DNA of 45,479 nucleotides from Chiloscyllium plagiosum. Taxonomy: Eukaryota. The stretch lies in NCBI RefSeq assembly GCF_004010195.1, contig NW_025214529.1, positions 1 to 45,479 on the forward strand, given 5' to 3'. This document shows, one piece after another, positions 1-12,539 of the stretch. The notes below the pieces were generated by a model, which saw nothing but the letters and a program-made list of their open reading frames with translations, was not told the DNA's origin and did not search any database. A program made the position numbers and the translations under genes. Positions within the stretch are counted from its first letter, which is position 1, and every line of letters starts with the position of its first letter.

Positions 1-306
1 AATACTCTCATATACAAGTTAATAAAAATATTTTAAAGATTTAAAGATTTATGATCCATCCCTCAGCAACCCTCATCCATTCCATCCAAAACCAGTAAAT
101 GAAAAGTGATGTTTTGAACAGGTTAACTGAGTCCATTTGTTCAGTAAGTGCGATTAATGCCAATCTCCATGGATTCTAATTATGCCAGTGGAGGGTTTCC
201 ACCTTTTAATAATAAATGGGCTTCGTTCAATGTGTTATTCCATAACATGAGCGCGTGCATCACCGACAGCACTGACAGGGATCAGCAGATCCAGAGGGGG
301 AGGAGA

Positions 307-516
307 GATCAGAATCTGAGAACATTAGACTGAAATGTGCCAACAATGGATCAGTATCTGAGAACATTAGACTGGAATGTGCCAACAATGGATCATAATT
401 TGAGAACATTAGACTGGAATGTGCCAACAATGGATCATAATTTGAGAACATTAGACTGGAATATTCAAACAATGGATCAGTATCTGAGAACATTAGACTG
501 GAATATTCCAACAATA
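307..516. repeat. 42-bp minisatellite, about 5 copies
   Basis: Unit GATCAGTATCTGAGAACATTAGACTGGAATGTGCCAACAATG recurs at 307, 349, 391, 433 and 475; it explains the 14-aa repeats in the overlapping ORFs. Confidence 0.95.
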
Positions 517-1179
517 GACAGGAGCTTATCCGATTTTGTTTGGTGTCTTTCTGCATTTTATTGGTAGTCAGTATCATCGCTGATCTATTACGCTCTTCTC
601 ATTATTCAATATTTTTATTATCCCTTCCTGGCTATTGTTGGTGGCCCTGGTGAGTGTCACTGTCCAGATTTTGTTTTCTATAACCCAGTTATGACTGTAT
701 TATTGTTCTTTCATATCGTCTACACATCTTGCCACTATTATTATCCTGGTGAATCTCTCAATCCAGATATTTACTCTACAGACTACTACTAACTACATCA
801 ATGAACGTGTTCAATTACCATCTTCCTCTGCTCTGGCAGTGTTACTCATGGGTCTCTATGTTGATCTATTCAGTTTCAGGGGAGAACCACAATGCATTGT
901 ATCATTGCCTTTGCTGTTAAGAGCATAGAGGTCACTGTCTACTGCTCTGGTTACAAACTCCACTTCCTTCCACTGTTTCCATCCCATCCCTGGCCAATAT
1001 CTGCAGCTGAAGCAGACAAGTCACAACTGTGGGAGATCCCTTTAACTATGAGCTGATTCCTGACACCATTCCCTGACCATTTCTAACTTGAAATACTCCC
1101 CACGCCAGAAGATATCTCACTGGTTTATTCCATCTGCTGGTTGAACCTTGAGCTGTGAAGTACAGGCTTAATGAAGCCA

Positions 1180-1440
1180 ATAATCTGCTGCTGACGCTCC
1201 CGGCATCAAACCTGCTGAAGCAAATCTGATTCGACCTCACACCAAACCCCCATCCATCTGTCATTCATGTGCACGCAGATTATATTGCTGTTGTGTCTGG
1301 CAATGACTTTATTTTAACATTCTCAAACACTTTATCTCATCTGTCCATGAAACTTCTCTCGTTCTCTCTGTTGATTAACAAAAAGCCTGTCAATTGTTCG
1401 TATTTAAAATAGTTTCCTCCTTGTGCGTTCCTTCTCAAAC
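1180..1440 (+). mobile_element. Highly degenerate L2-like LINE 3' fragment
   Basis: Loose resemblance to the L2 ORF2 3' end (HITP..L..LHWLP region); similar to 17280-17780 and 38770-38990. Confidence 0.35.
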
Positions 1441-2141
1441 AGTGAGTTTCGCATTCAACCACACACACACAGACACACACACAGAGCAAATCTTCCCATT
1501 GTAGGCAGTAATCTGATGCGAGTATAGTTTGCATATGATAGTAAAGTTTACAATACTCTCCATGCTGTGCAGATAGTGCGGTTTACTGAGCAACACACTA
1601 GCATGGTCTGCACAGCTCTCCATGCTGGGCTGTCATCTTGTCCCAGTTTATATTGTTTGTGGTGTTCGGTGAAGCAGATTCAGAATTTGATGTAACAAAC
1701 CATTCCAGCTGAGCTGACAATGCATTTATTCAATGTTCTCATTCTTGTAATTTTACTCTCGAAGATCTCACTTTTCCAGCTAGTCCCACTGCTCTGTCTT
1801 TTTCCACATATTTCCACAATATCTTCTCAGTTAATTGACTGTCTGTTTCTGTCTTTAATCTGAATCTCTCTGTCCCTCAGTATCTTTCCCTGGCCTTGGG
1901 TTTTGGCTCCCTAGTGTATCGAGTGCTGGCATTGTGTAGTTCAGAAATGCTGAAATGGTGTGTGTCAAGCTGTTGTTCACTTCCCGGTATGTCCCATGTG
2001 ATGGTCCATAGACAGGCGTGTTTCAGAAGTTATGAGATACATCCTTGTAACTTGGTCTGTACCTGTGGTTGTCCCTCTCAGGTGACCTTGCGATCAGTAA
2101 CACGAGGAAGCGCACTGAGTGAAGGACCAGGCATCTAAGCT

Positions 2142-4452
2142 GTGTGACAATGCTGTCACTTTTTAAATAAAACGTTAGTTTCTCATTTTTTTTAGTAAGA
2201 GGTCTTAAAGGCCAAAGTGCCAACTGAAAACGGCTCAAGTAAATAACTTACTGTTCTTTTAGGTTTTTTAATAAATAGTAGTAACAATGGCCAGCTCGCA
2301 CACACCAGGCTTTCTAGTTTGTTTTTTCTTGTAGCTGTAACAATCACCGGGTACTTGGGGTCCCAGAGGGGTTGGAAGTTTTAGTAAGTTATCTCGAGCT
2401 GCTACTCACTCTAAAACCTCACTTGATGGTGTTTCCTCCTGGATTGGAGAACTGTATGCATGAATGCGTATCTGAATGTTCCTTTTTGCCAAGGGGCGTG
2501 TTTAGGTGATGTTAATAGATTGAACAGTTCATTTGTAGAACGTACTGTATCCATTATTCAGTTAAGTTTATCAATAGTTATGTTATTCTAAATTTCTCTT
2601 CATTTTGTATGGATTTTCATTAGAGGATAGTAAAGATGAGCAACCCTATGGTAGCCAAATGCCTGATCAGGATCTGTTTAAATACATCCACGCATTATTT
2701 AAATTTGATGAGAATGATGGGGGAGCCTTTTTAATTTCATTTCAGAAAGTGGCTAAACAAGTGCATTGGCCAGAGAACATGTGGATTTAGTTTATCCAAA
2801 CAAAGCTGATAGGTATTTGCATCCCTATCGGAGGAGGTGAAGAAAGCCATCTGAAGTGCATATGAGCTTGTGCCAAAAGCCGACAGTGTTTCGGGAATCT
2901 AAAATAGCATCCCTGGTTAAACGCACGTTGTGTTTGAAAGAATCAAACAAACTAATTTTGAAAGGTGGGGAGGGGTATTAAAAACAGAGCAAAGCTATGA
3001 CACTCTGAGAGAGACTCTAATTTTGGAGAAGTTCAACAATTCACTTCCTGCAGTCGTGAGAACTCGTGTGGAAGAGCAGAGAGTTACTATGGCAAGATTA
3101 GAAGCTGAAATGGCTGATAATGATGATTGGGTTCTGAAATCAAAGTTTGGTTTCTGTGAGGGATTAAGAAGAATGTGCGAGATCTTCTTAAAACATATCC
3201 CTGTGAGAGTAAGTTTTACTTGCATAGGCCAGGAGTAGCAGGTAAAGGGGTTACAGCATTAAGAGGTACAGAAGCATGCAATTCTTTTATGCTGAGACAT
3301 GAGGAGCTATGTCATTCAGAAGGACTATTGGAGAGATGAGGAGTGCTCCATTATGTAACGTGTGGTCAGAGTGTCCAGTGGAAACATCAACTGATTTATT
3401 CCACAATGGGAAAGGAGGCCTTGAGCTTGGCATTGGCGTTATAACATTTCAGCATTTACATTCCCAATAACATACATGAGACAAATCTTTATCACTGATC
3501 GTGACCCCTTAAAGTTTGTGGAGAAATTTAGGGAGAAAAATACCAGTCTGTTTTTATTGAGCTTATTATTGCTGCCATTCAATTTGAAATTATAAAGTTG
3601 ACAGGGCGAGAAAATATGAGTTTTGACACGTTGTGGAGACTTGGACGAAGAAAGACAAAAGGCATTCTGTGGCAGAAGTAAAATGACTGAAATCGAAACT
3701 CGCTGTGAACATTTGTATGCTCAGAGTCAATGTAATATATATGCATTCCACTCTACGAATAGAGGAAAATTAGGAGGTCTAAAATGAATCCATCTTTGTA
3801 TATTGATGGATCATTTTATTAAAGGTGGAGTTGTGAGTATACTATTACTGTAAAAATGTTATTTTCTCTTGGGTTTTTTTCTGGAAAAGCGGTTTTTAAG
3901 GCAGAGGTGTAGAACTGCTGTCTGAAAACAGTTTAAGTAAATAACTGAGAAAGCCTTTAGGTTTTATTAAACCGGTGGTAACAATGGAAGGGCAGTGGCC
4001 ACCTCTTCCAGACCAGGTTTCCTCGTTTTGTTTTTAGCTGCAGCATTCAGAAGTTGTTCGGGTCCCAGAAGGGTTGGAAGTGTCAATACATGATCCCCAG
4101 CTGCCTTTCTCTCTGAGATCTCTATTGATGTAGATTTCTCCTGGATCCGAAAACTGCATGTAAGAACTTGTATTTGAATATATCTTTGTGCCAAGCAGTG
4201 TATACCAATAAGGTACGGTATCTATTGTTTGTGTAAGTGTTCCAACATATAAGCCATCCCAAAATTTTCTTTTCTTTGATTGTATTTTAACTAAAGCATT
4301 TGAATAGATTATATTTTGCTTAATGTCAAGTGGTTTGACCAGTCACAACATATCTGTAAGGCACACTTCTCATCTATATTCAAAATAAGGAAAGGTTTGG
4401 GTCTAAGTGGCCTTCTTAAAATATTTTGCGGGAATCTGGTCTGGTTCACAAC
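2142..4452 (+). mobile_element. Internally deleted, decayed Gypsy LTR retrotransposon (gag/SCAN-like, protease and RNase H remnants between two diverged LTRs)
   Basis: LTR-like blocks ~2142-2610 and ~3832-4452 share motifs (AAGTAAATAACT; GGGTCCCAGA.GGGTTGGAAGT; TCCTGGAT). A purine tract (3821-3830) precedes the 3' LTR, which ends in CA. Gag: KFDENDGGAFLISFQKVAKQVHWP and YDTLRETLILEKFNNSLP. Protease-like LRGTEACNS ~3259. RNase H end TDRDPLKFVEKF...GREN ~3495-3645. Confidence 0.85.
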
Positions 4453-4629
4453 ACTTAGAGACGAGGGGTTTCTGACTGACTCTTGTTATTGAAAAGTTAG
4501 TGCAGCAGCTGGGGATATTTTGCTGGAGGTTGTGCTGTGAGCTGCCTCAGACATCCAAGGAGACCTGAGGATTTGGTGACCCAACTTTGGATGGAGCCTG
4601 TGGACTATAGTTACAACATCTGGGTCTGC

Positions 4630-5480
4630 AACATGAACAACAATGGAGCAGAGGTTGCAGAGAGGGGAAGCTTTGAAACCACACAGTGAGTGTGTCTGGG
4701 GAAAGGGATCTGCTGGACCCACCCCGGGTTTTCCAGGAACAGCTTCCCAAGCCCCACTTAACCCAGGAGCAGAGTGTGAGGGGACACTGATTGAACAAAG
4801 AGCTGGTCACAGAGCGGTGTCACCTCCTTTAACACGTCCTGCAGCTTCACACCAGGGGGAAGGACGGTGCTGCCAGTGGCTGTTCGGGTCACAGTTTCAT
4901 TCAGCTTCTATGTTCTGGAACTTTTCAAACAGGACTGGGTGACATATCCATCATCTCCCAGCATGTTGCCATCAATGTAACCATTCCGTGACGGAGGATA
5001 TATATGGTGGATGAGGTAAATACATTGTTTCACCCTCAGCAGGGAGCTGCCGGATGTATCCAGTATAGTGGGATTCCCGATGGTGTACATGGCATCTGCG
5101 GAGTAGCCGTGTCAATGGGGAGAGGTAGAGGAACTGAAGGAGAACTCTCTGTATTAATCTTGCAGCGTGCCCATCACAGTACATCATGTTGGTGAATACC
5201 CCTGTCCAGACAGCAACCACAGCCTCTTCATTCGCAAGCGGGCAGCCATTCCCATCGTCTTCAGATCTCCATGTAGAAAGGAATGAATGTATCTTGGATA
5301 AAGGGCACCCCCTTGATACACATTTCAAAACACCTTCCCCCATCCCCAACCAAACACTTCAAAACATTCCATGTGTACGGAGAGCAATGGGGTCACTTGG
5401 AGCGTCAAGGAGCAGACGATCAGGGAGGCAAAACCTCCCATGTCTGAACGGGTCTGAGTGAATCCCCTAGTACACAGTAT
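4630..5480 (+). pseudogene. PIF/Harbinger (HARBI1-like) DDE transposase relic
   Basis: Collinear frameshifted motifs: PPRVFQEQ..LTQEQSVR..KELVTERCHLL; LPVAVRVTVSFSFY.SGTFQTGLGDISIISQ; GIPDGVH (~GAIDGTH); IMLVN..PDSNHSLFI (~PGSSHDAFI); LDKGHPL...TP (~LGDKGYPL); EQTI; CLNGS (~CLDRSGG). Confidence 0.85.
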
Positions 5481-5649
5481 CATTAATCCCTGTAATCCCT
5501 CTCCATTTCAGTAACATACTGCCTTCCATATTCCTGTAAATGAAATGACAGATTATATCATGTTGTATTGCAGATGCCAAATTATTAGCCATTGCCTTTA
5601 TCTCTCTGTATCTATCTGTACACCCTCCCCCCTCTCTTGATAATTTAAT

Positions 5650-7030
5650 CTCTTGCTTTTCACAGCAACATGACCAAACTCAGTATCTGTATATCTGTTC
5701 CATCCTCCTGGTCATTGATATAGATTGTAAATCGTTGAGGACCCAGCACTGGTCACTGTGTGACCCTACTGGTGACGTTCTGTCAAACTGATTTAAACTG
5801 ATTTAGCCTGCTTCCTGTTTGATACATAATCCTCTCCCATTACTGTGTAACACAGTCGTAAAGCTGAATATGAACAAGGACCATCAGTCAGGAATCCAAC
5901 CCTTTGAACCTGCTCCGCCATGAAATACAATCATGGCTGATGTTATCGCGGCCTCTGTTACACTTTCCTGACATCTCTCGATCCTCAAACTGTAGTCTCT
6001 TATTGTAGATTGCGCCACATTAAAAAATATCCACTCCACATCTACACTTTCAGTTACGTTTAGCATTTTACGGACCTCAACGAGATCTCCTTTCATTCTT
6101 ATAAACTCGAGAGTATAGGCCTAAACTGCTCAATTACTCTTCATAAGACAAACATTTCAAATATGGAATCAATCTAATGAAGCTCTTCTGAATTGCCTCC
6201 AATGGAAATACCTCATTCTGCAGGACACCCAAACTGTACTCCAGTTGCAGCCTCACTAACGCCTTGCATAGCTACAGCAACACTCCCTACCTTTCTACTC
6301 TATCCTTTTACAATTAAACGCTGAGGTTATGCTTGCATTCCTCATTACTTCAAGTACCCACAAGCAAGTTTCTTGTGATATGCAAGCAGACACCTCTACA
6401 CTTAAGCACTTTGAAGTTTCTCTCCATTTAGATAATAATTTGCCTTTTTATTAGGCTGGCCAACTTGAATAACCCCATATTTATCCACTTTAATTTTCAT
6501 TGCCAAATGTTTGCCCATTCACCCAATCTATACATATAGTTTTTAAATGTCTTGCATCATCATTCCGAAGTAATTTCCCACCAATGTTAGTGTCATCTGA
6601 AAATGTAGCTATAGCATTTTCTATCCCGTCAACCGAGTAATAATGTCGATCACAAATGGTTGAAGCATGAGAACTGAAATCTATGACACCCAACAAATTG
6701 CATTTTCCAATAGAAAATGACACAGTTAATTCACCTGACTGCATTTTGTTGGTTAACCAATCCTCCATCCAAGCCAATACATTACTCCTAAACCGATGCT
6801 GTCTGATCTTACCACTCACTCTTTGGAGAAGCGACGTATCTGAATCCTTTATGAAGACCAGATATATTCGATTTCCAGGATTCCCATTATCCACCTTGTT
6901 TATCACATCTTTAAATAACTCAAGAAAAGACTTCAATCATGATTTATCCTTTGTAAAAACCATGTTGACTCCGATGAATTGTGGTTTACGTTTGCAAATG
7001 TCCACAACAATGGATTCTAATAATTTGCCT
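5650..7030 (-). mobile_element. CR1/HER1-like LINE 3' portion, decayed RT
   Basis: Minus translation NKVDNGNPGNRIYLVFIK...SNVLAWMEDWLTNK...FSDDTNIGG, then MKGDLVEVRKML and a CR1-type 3' UTR at ~5865. Confidence 0.9.
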
Positions 7031-7089
7031 AAATTACAATACTTTATTGTTCTTCCCTTTCTAAAACCTTTACGTTTTCTTTGTATTCC

Positions 7090-7900
7090 AGTTTGATGGG
7101 CAAAAGGTTTTAAGAGATCTGCTCCAATTGCTGCATAAGCGTAATGTGTGGTTGACTGGACACATCATCCTGTTGGTGTACAAAATCGATGGGATGAAGT
7201 CTTTCTGGCGTTCCCATGTTGTCATCTCCAAGGCCAGAATGACCTCCTTCTGTTGATATGTTAGAGGATTGGGACATTATGGAATCTTCCTGTTGCTGTG
7301 TAACATTTTGAGGGGCTGATGGGTCTTTTCATATTTCTCCATAACAGGTGGAAATACTGAACGGTCTCCTCATGTATCCCAGAGATGGGACCAATGGAGC
7401 GATTGGTCTTCTCTTGTTCCCATACAACAGACACGTGTCTGAATTACCTCCTCCGTTCTCTTGAAATAAGTCTCAGATAGTTTTTATCCTTATCCAATTC
7501 TCTTGCAACAGACTCAGTGTATCTGAATGGCCTCCTGTTATCCCAGTGTAACAAATCTCCAGTCACTATGTGACCGCTTTCAGTTCCTCTGTTACAAACT
7601 TGAGGTGGATGAATGGACTGATCCTGTTGCTCTGTGACAGGATACTGGTGTCGCCTGGCCTACTCTGGGGCCAGTGTTATAGATTCAAGAGGCTGATTGG
7701 CCTCCTCCTGTAAATATACACCAGGCTCCAGGGGCTGAACAGCGTCGTCCTATTCTAGTGTAACAGGGTCAAAGGCCTGAATATCCTTCTGTTGTTCGTG
7801 TGTAACAGGCTGGAGAACGGAATTGATCCCTCCATTATCTGTGTAATTCGTTTCAGTTGTTGACTCCTTCCTGTCATCTATGTTGAAATTAGAGCTTCTT
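7090..7900 (+). repeat. Degenerate ~42-bp tandem array resembling a multimerised CR1 3' terminus
   Basis: Recurrent GGGCTGAATGGCCTCCTCCTGT...TGTAACAGGCT-like unit with ~42-bp period (e.g. 7691, 7733, 7773). Shorter related arrays at ~28080-28270 and ~39540-39680. Confidence 0.75.
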
Positions 7901-8019
7901 TACCAGCCTGCAGTAAGGTTCCCACCCAGGTTAGAGCAGTCTCAGCTCTCTGGGGATAATACAGAGCATTGTTGAACGATCATTGTCCTTCTCTACTCCA
8001 CTATCATAACGGGAAATCT

Positions 8020-8330
8020 GGAGAAAATGTCACAATGATGGTTAAGAAGATAATAAATGATGTGGCAAGATGATCTCTACCATTAATCTCCCCAAAGCCC
8101 ACATCGCTCAGAATCTACAGAATCTTGTAAGGTGGAGTGTAAAAACAGCAAGGAGAAGGAAACATTGATAGGAATTATATATCAAAGTGAAAGCTGCAAT
8201 ACAAATGTTCGGCAGGTTATAAAACAGGAAAATGAGATATACACATTTGGACCTTTTGGGAACAGTGACCACAATGCATTAGTTTTCCTTTATGCTGTTT
8301 TGAGTATACGGTAGTTTTTGTTTTATTTGA
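8020..8330 (+). mobile_element. CR1 LINE APE endonuclease fragment
   Basis: VECKNSKEKETLIGIIY and GPFGNSDHNALVF match CR1 APE motifs (VELRN.KG..TL.G..Y; LG.SDHN). Confidence 0.75.
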
Positions 8331-8374
8331 AGTAACTGTTATAAATCTGAATCATGCAAGCCCTGAAGGTGTGA

Positions 8375-9048
8375 GGAGAAAGTGGGCACTGCAGCTGCTG
8401 GGGATCAGTGGCGCTGGAAAAGCACAGTCAGACAGCGTACTAGGAGCAGGAGCATTGTCGTTTCGGGCACAACCCTTCATCAGGAATGAGGCTTCTGGGT
8501 CAAGGGAGCTGAGAGTTAAATTAGAAGGGGGTGTGGCAGGAGGCAGGTAGCTAGGAATGCGATAGGTAGATGAAGGTGGTGTTGAAAGTGATAGGTGATG
8601 AAGGGAGACAGAACGCCTCATCTACTGCATCCTTTAAACTCAGTGTGGTCTTCTCTACATTGGCAAGACACACGTGGATCATTTCAGAGAATATCGCTGG
8701 AACAGCCACATTGACCAACTCCACCACCTTGTGGCTAAACACTTTAATTCTCCTTTCCACTCTGCCAAGGACATGAGAGTCCTGGGCCTCCTCCATCGCC
8801 AAACCCTAACCCCCCAAAGCATGGATGGAGAAAGGTTGTTCTTCTGCCTTGGGACCCTCCACAGGGGATTAATGTAGATTTCACCAGTTTCCCCATTTCC
8901 CCGAACTCCACTTTATCTCAGTTCAATCTTCTAACTCAGCACACTCCCCCCTTTTGAATGTTCCTATGTGTTCATCTTCCTTCCCATCAATCTGGTCCAC
9001 CCTCCTCTCCGACCTAACCCTTTCAGCCTCACCTTTAACTACCTATTA
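8375..9048 (+). mobile_element. Penelope-like element fragment: inverted pseudo-LTR plus GIY-YIG endonuclease C-terminus
   Basis: 8615-8890 translates LIYCI..TQCGLLYIGKT...DHFREY...VAKHFNSPFHSAKDMRVLGL...LFFCLGTL..GINVDFTSF. 8375-8605 is the terminal repeat in opposite orientation, with a mutated hammerhead core (minus strand, 8457-8483). Confidence 0.88.
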
Positions 9049-9049
9049 G

Positions 9050-10250
9050 GTCAATGGAAGCAGCTTAGAAAAATGCCAAGTGTTGTAGTAAGCCAGTGGA
9101 TTCGGAGAAATGTAGGACCCAGCAACGGTTGACCAAGAAACTGAGAAGGAAATCAAAAAGCGAAACAGCATGCAAACAAAAGAAAAACATAAAAACTGCT
9201 AAAGAAAAACATAAAGACTGCGGAAAAAAAAACATAAAGACTGCTAAAAAAAGTACATCAATGTATGAAACTAATGTAAAAACAAGGTCAAATATGGAAC
9301 AGTATGCGTGCGGGCAGGGTAATTTATTGTAGAGAACAGAGAAATCACAGGGGAAAGAAACAGTTTCTTTGTGTCTATCTTCAAGACAGAATATCCAGAA
9401 ATTCTCCCAGAAATACCAAGTGACCATGGGACTTGTGTAAGTAAAGTTTAAGATCATTCTTATCAGTGTTGAGGTCATCTTTGAAAAAAAAAACTGGATT
9501 GAGTATTTATAAATCTGACAGATCAGATGTACTTCATACAAGAATATCAGAGGAAGCAGCAATAGATGTATTGATTGCATTGCGGATTTTCATGCTATTT
9601 TCCAATATATTCCTGAACGATATTTGGCCAATCTGGATATGGCAAAAGTTATAAATAATATCCAACAGTTTAAGAAAGGATGAAGATGGAGAGTGATGAA
9701 CTACAGATCAGTTAACTTGTAATCTGCGGTCGGGCGTCTCTTGGGCTGAATTACAAAGAACGTGTTACTGGATATATAGAAGGTAATGGGAAAACTGGGG
9801 AGGATGATCATGCATACGTGGCAAACATTTTTTGGAATGGTTTGAAGATGATTCTTGTGGACGTAGGCAACAAGGAGCTAATGGATAACATATGGTTGAA
9901 TATTCAGGAGGAACTCTCCCACTAACATCATAAGAAAAGTTAAAGTGAAAGGAATTGGGACGAACGCGTGCAAATAGAAAACGAAAAATTAGGTTAACAT
10001 TCATGTGTATGTAATTGCAATATAGAAGATGTCGTGCACCAGCTGCATAGAGTGTTGCTGAGACTAAAATTAGAGTATTGCGTACCATTTGGAGTCCCAA
10101 TCTAAGATAGAATATACTGACTACAGAGGAACTGCAAAAGGTATTCTCCAGACTAATCCATAAAATGGCAAGATTGTCTGATGGGGAAACTCAGCCTGTG
10201 ATCTCGAGTTTCAAAAGGTGAGAGGTGATTGTAGTGAAACTTAGAAGCTT
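9050..10250 (+). mobile_element. Decayed CR1 ORF2 (tether/RT) fragments
   Basis: SKPVDSEKCRTQQRLTKKL..KNIKT; FKKG..NYRSVNL.SAVG; later EYCVPFG.P and RVSK..RGDCSET. Probably continues the 8020-8330 copy. Confidence 0.8.
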
Positions 10251-10259
10251 AGGAACATA

Positions 10260-12320
10260 GGGGGAATGAATAACAGAGGGACATGGAGAAGTGCAAGATT
10301 AGGGAGAATCCCACGGTTTTCTACACGGACAAGTAGAACAGAATAATCAGCAAACAGTTAGTGTCCATTAGAAACCAAAGCGGCAATCAGTGCGTCAACC
10401 CGGAGAAAATTGATAGATTGTTACATGAAACCATCACAGCTGTTTTACTTGGGAGAAGGAGGATGCAGGTACAGAATTCAAGAAGATGGACTGGAAAGCT
10501 CTTGAAGAGATTGAGCAAGGGTTTGAGGCTTTGTCTGGTATAAAATTGGACAAATCCGCAGGTCTGGACACTGTTGGAGTCAAGGGAAGAAATTTTAATT
10601 GGAGTCTGACCACAGGGGAGGTGCCAGAGGACTGGAGAGCAGCTAATATGATTCCACTTCAAAGTAAGGGTGGTAGATATTTGCCAAGGTAACTATCCTC
10701 GAGCAAGTATTAGATCACTGTTCGGGAAACTACTGGAGAAAATAGAGAAGGAGGAAATCGAACTCCAATCAGAGTCACAAGGTTTGATCAGGGATAATCA
10801 TCAGGACTTTATCAGAGTGAAGTCACACCTAATGAATTTGATTCAGGACTTTATCAGAGTGAAGTCACACCTAATGAATTTGATTTAATTAGTCTGAGAA
10901 GGTCGCTTATTTAGTTTTGCAGCAAGGCCTTTGACAAAGTTCCACATGGGAAATTGAAAAAATAATGTAAAATCTCACAATATCAAGGATAACTTGACAA
11001 GTTACAATGAAAATTGTCTTAGTGTCAGGAGGCAGAGGGTGGTGGGAGAAGTCTGTTTGTGTGACTGGAGACCAGTGTCCCCTGGTGTACCACAGGGATC
11101 AGTGTTGTGTCCCTTATTATTTGTAACATTCATAAATGGTATAGATGTNNNNNNNNNNNNNNNNNNNNNNNNNNNNNNNNNNNNNNNNNNNNNNNNNNNN
11201 NNNNNNNNNNNNNNNNNNNNNNNNNNNNNNNNNNNNNNNNNNNNNNNNNNNNNNNNNNNNNNNNNNNNNNNNNNNNNNNNNNNNNNNNNNNNNNNNNNNN
11301 NNNNNNNNNNNNNNNNNNNNNNNNNNNNNNNNNNNNNNNNNNNNNNNNNNNNNNNNNNNNNNNNNNNNNNNNNNNNNNNNNNNNNNNNNNNNNNNNNNNN
11401 NNNNNNNNNNNNNNNNNNNNNNNNNNNNNNNNNNNNNNNNNNNNNNNNNNNNNNNNNNNNNNNNNNNNNNNNNNNNNNNNNNNNNNNNNNNNNNNNNNNN
11501 NNNNNNNNNNNNNNNNNNNNNNNNNNNNNNNNNNNNNNNNNNNNNNNNNNNNNNNNNNNNNNNNNNNNNNNNNNNNNNNNNNNNNNNNNNNNNNNNNNNN
11601 NNNNNNNNNNNNNNNNNNNNNNNNNNNNNNNNNNNNNNNNNNNNNNNNNNNNNNNNNNNNNNNNNNNNNNNNNNNNNNNNNNNNNNNNNNNNNNNNNNNN
11701 NNNNNNNNNNNNNNNNNNNNNNNNNNNNNNNNNNNNNNNNNNNNNNNNNNNNNNNNNNNNNNNNNNNNNNNTTCCTTTTAGACAGAGGGTCAAGAACCAG
11801 GGAGCACACTTTTAAAGTGGGCGGCACGGTGGCATAGTGGTTAGCACTGCTGCCTCACAGCGCCAGAGACCCGGGTTCAATTCCTGCCTCAGGCGACTGA
11901 CGTTCTCCCTGTGTCTGCGTGGGTTTCCTTCAGGTGCTCCGGTTTCCTCCCACTGTCCAAAGATGTGCAGGGTCAGGTGAATTAGCCATGCAAAATTGCC
12001 CGTAGTGTTAGTTAAGGAGTAAATGTCAGAGGTATGGGTGGGTTGCCCTTCGGCGGGCGGTGTGGACTTGTTGGGCCGAAAGGCCTGTTTCCACACTGTA
12101 AGAAATCTAATCTAAAAGTGAAGGGTTCGAGGTTCACAGACGAGTTAAAGATTACTTTTTTACACCCAAAGTGTGTTGAGGTCTGGAATGTACTTCCTGA
12201 GAGGGGAGTTATCATGGCTAACCTCTCAACCGTTAAAAGTACCTGGACAAGCACTTGGAAGTTTCATAACATTCCAGGCTATGGGCCTGGTGTTGGAAAG
12301 TGGGACTAATATAGATCATG
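10260..12320 (+). mobile_element. CR1 LINE ORF2 fragment spanning an N gap and interrupted by a SINE
   Basis: IKLDKSAGLD; GEVPEDWRAANMIPL; SKAFDKVPHG; RRQRVVG..CDWRPVSPGVPQGSVLCPLLFVTFIN; 3' part resumes at ~12115 (KVKG.RF...VWNVLPERG). Confidence 0.9.
11820..12114 (+). mobile_element. HE1-like tRNA-derived V-SINE
   Basis: Box A TGGCATAGTGG, box B GGTTCAATTCC, partly deleted V-domain core, CR1-type tail GGGCCGAAAGGCCTGTTTCCACACTGTA plus (AATCT)n. TSD AAAGTG at 11814-11819 and 12115-12120. Confidence 0.93.
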
Positions 12321-12539
12321 CTGTATTTCTGTTGGTACAGAAACTATGCTCCTGTGAGTGTATGATGTGGAGCTGAGCAGCTTAAGACATGAATTGGTGG
12401 GTTTCTAAAGATTATAAGAGTGAACTGTTATAGCTTGTCAAATTATATCAATGTGAGAAGTATGAAAAAACAGTGTAGGTTTTTTTCCAGTTTGAAACCA
12501 GAGAATGGAGAATGGGAAACAGGGAAATGGCAAAACTAT

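Noticed and set aside
307..516. CRISPR array, or a relative of the 40-bp satellite
   Set aside because: No spacers; similarity to the satellite reverse complement is limited to AGAAC.TT...GGAATGT.
2060..2140. Possible host exon after the acceptor-like TGTCCCTCTCAG
   Set aside because: No recognisable peptide, partner exons or donor support.
4908..5090. Minus-strand ORF with LGDDGY resembling a Harbinger motif
   Set aside because: Coincidental; the collinear Harbinger homology is on the plus strand.
9096..9332. Lysine-rich ORF resembling a histone-like protein
   Set aside because: It is the decayed CR1 ORF2 tether region with a small internal duplication (KNIKTAK).
10994..11837. Long ORFs of 224-273 aa
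   Set aside because: Artefacts of the N gap 11149-11771.
11820..11890. tRNA gene (also at 21900, 32167, 40509)
   Set aside because: The A/B boxes are followed by a V-domain and a LINE-derived tail, so these are SINE heads.
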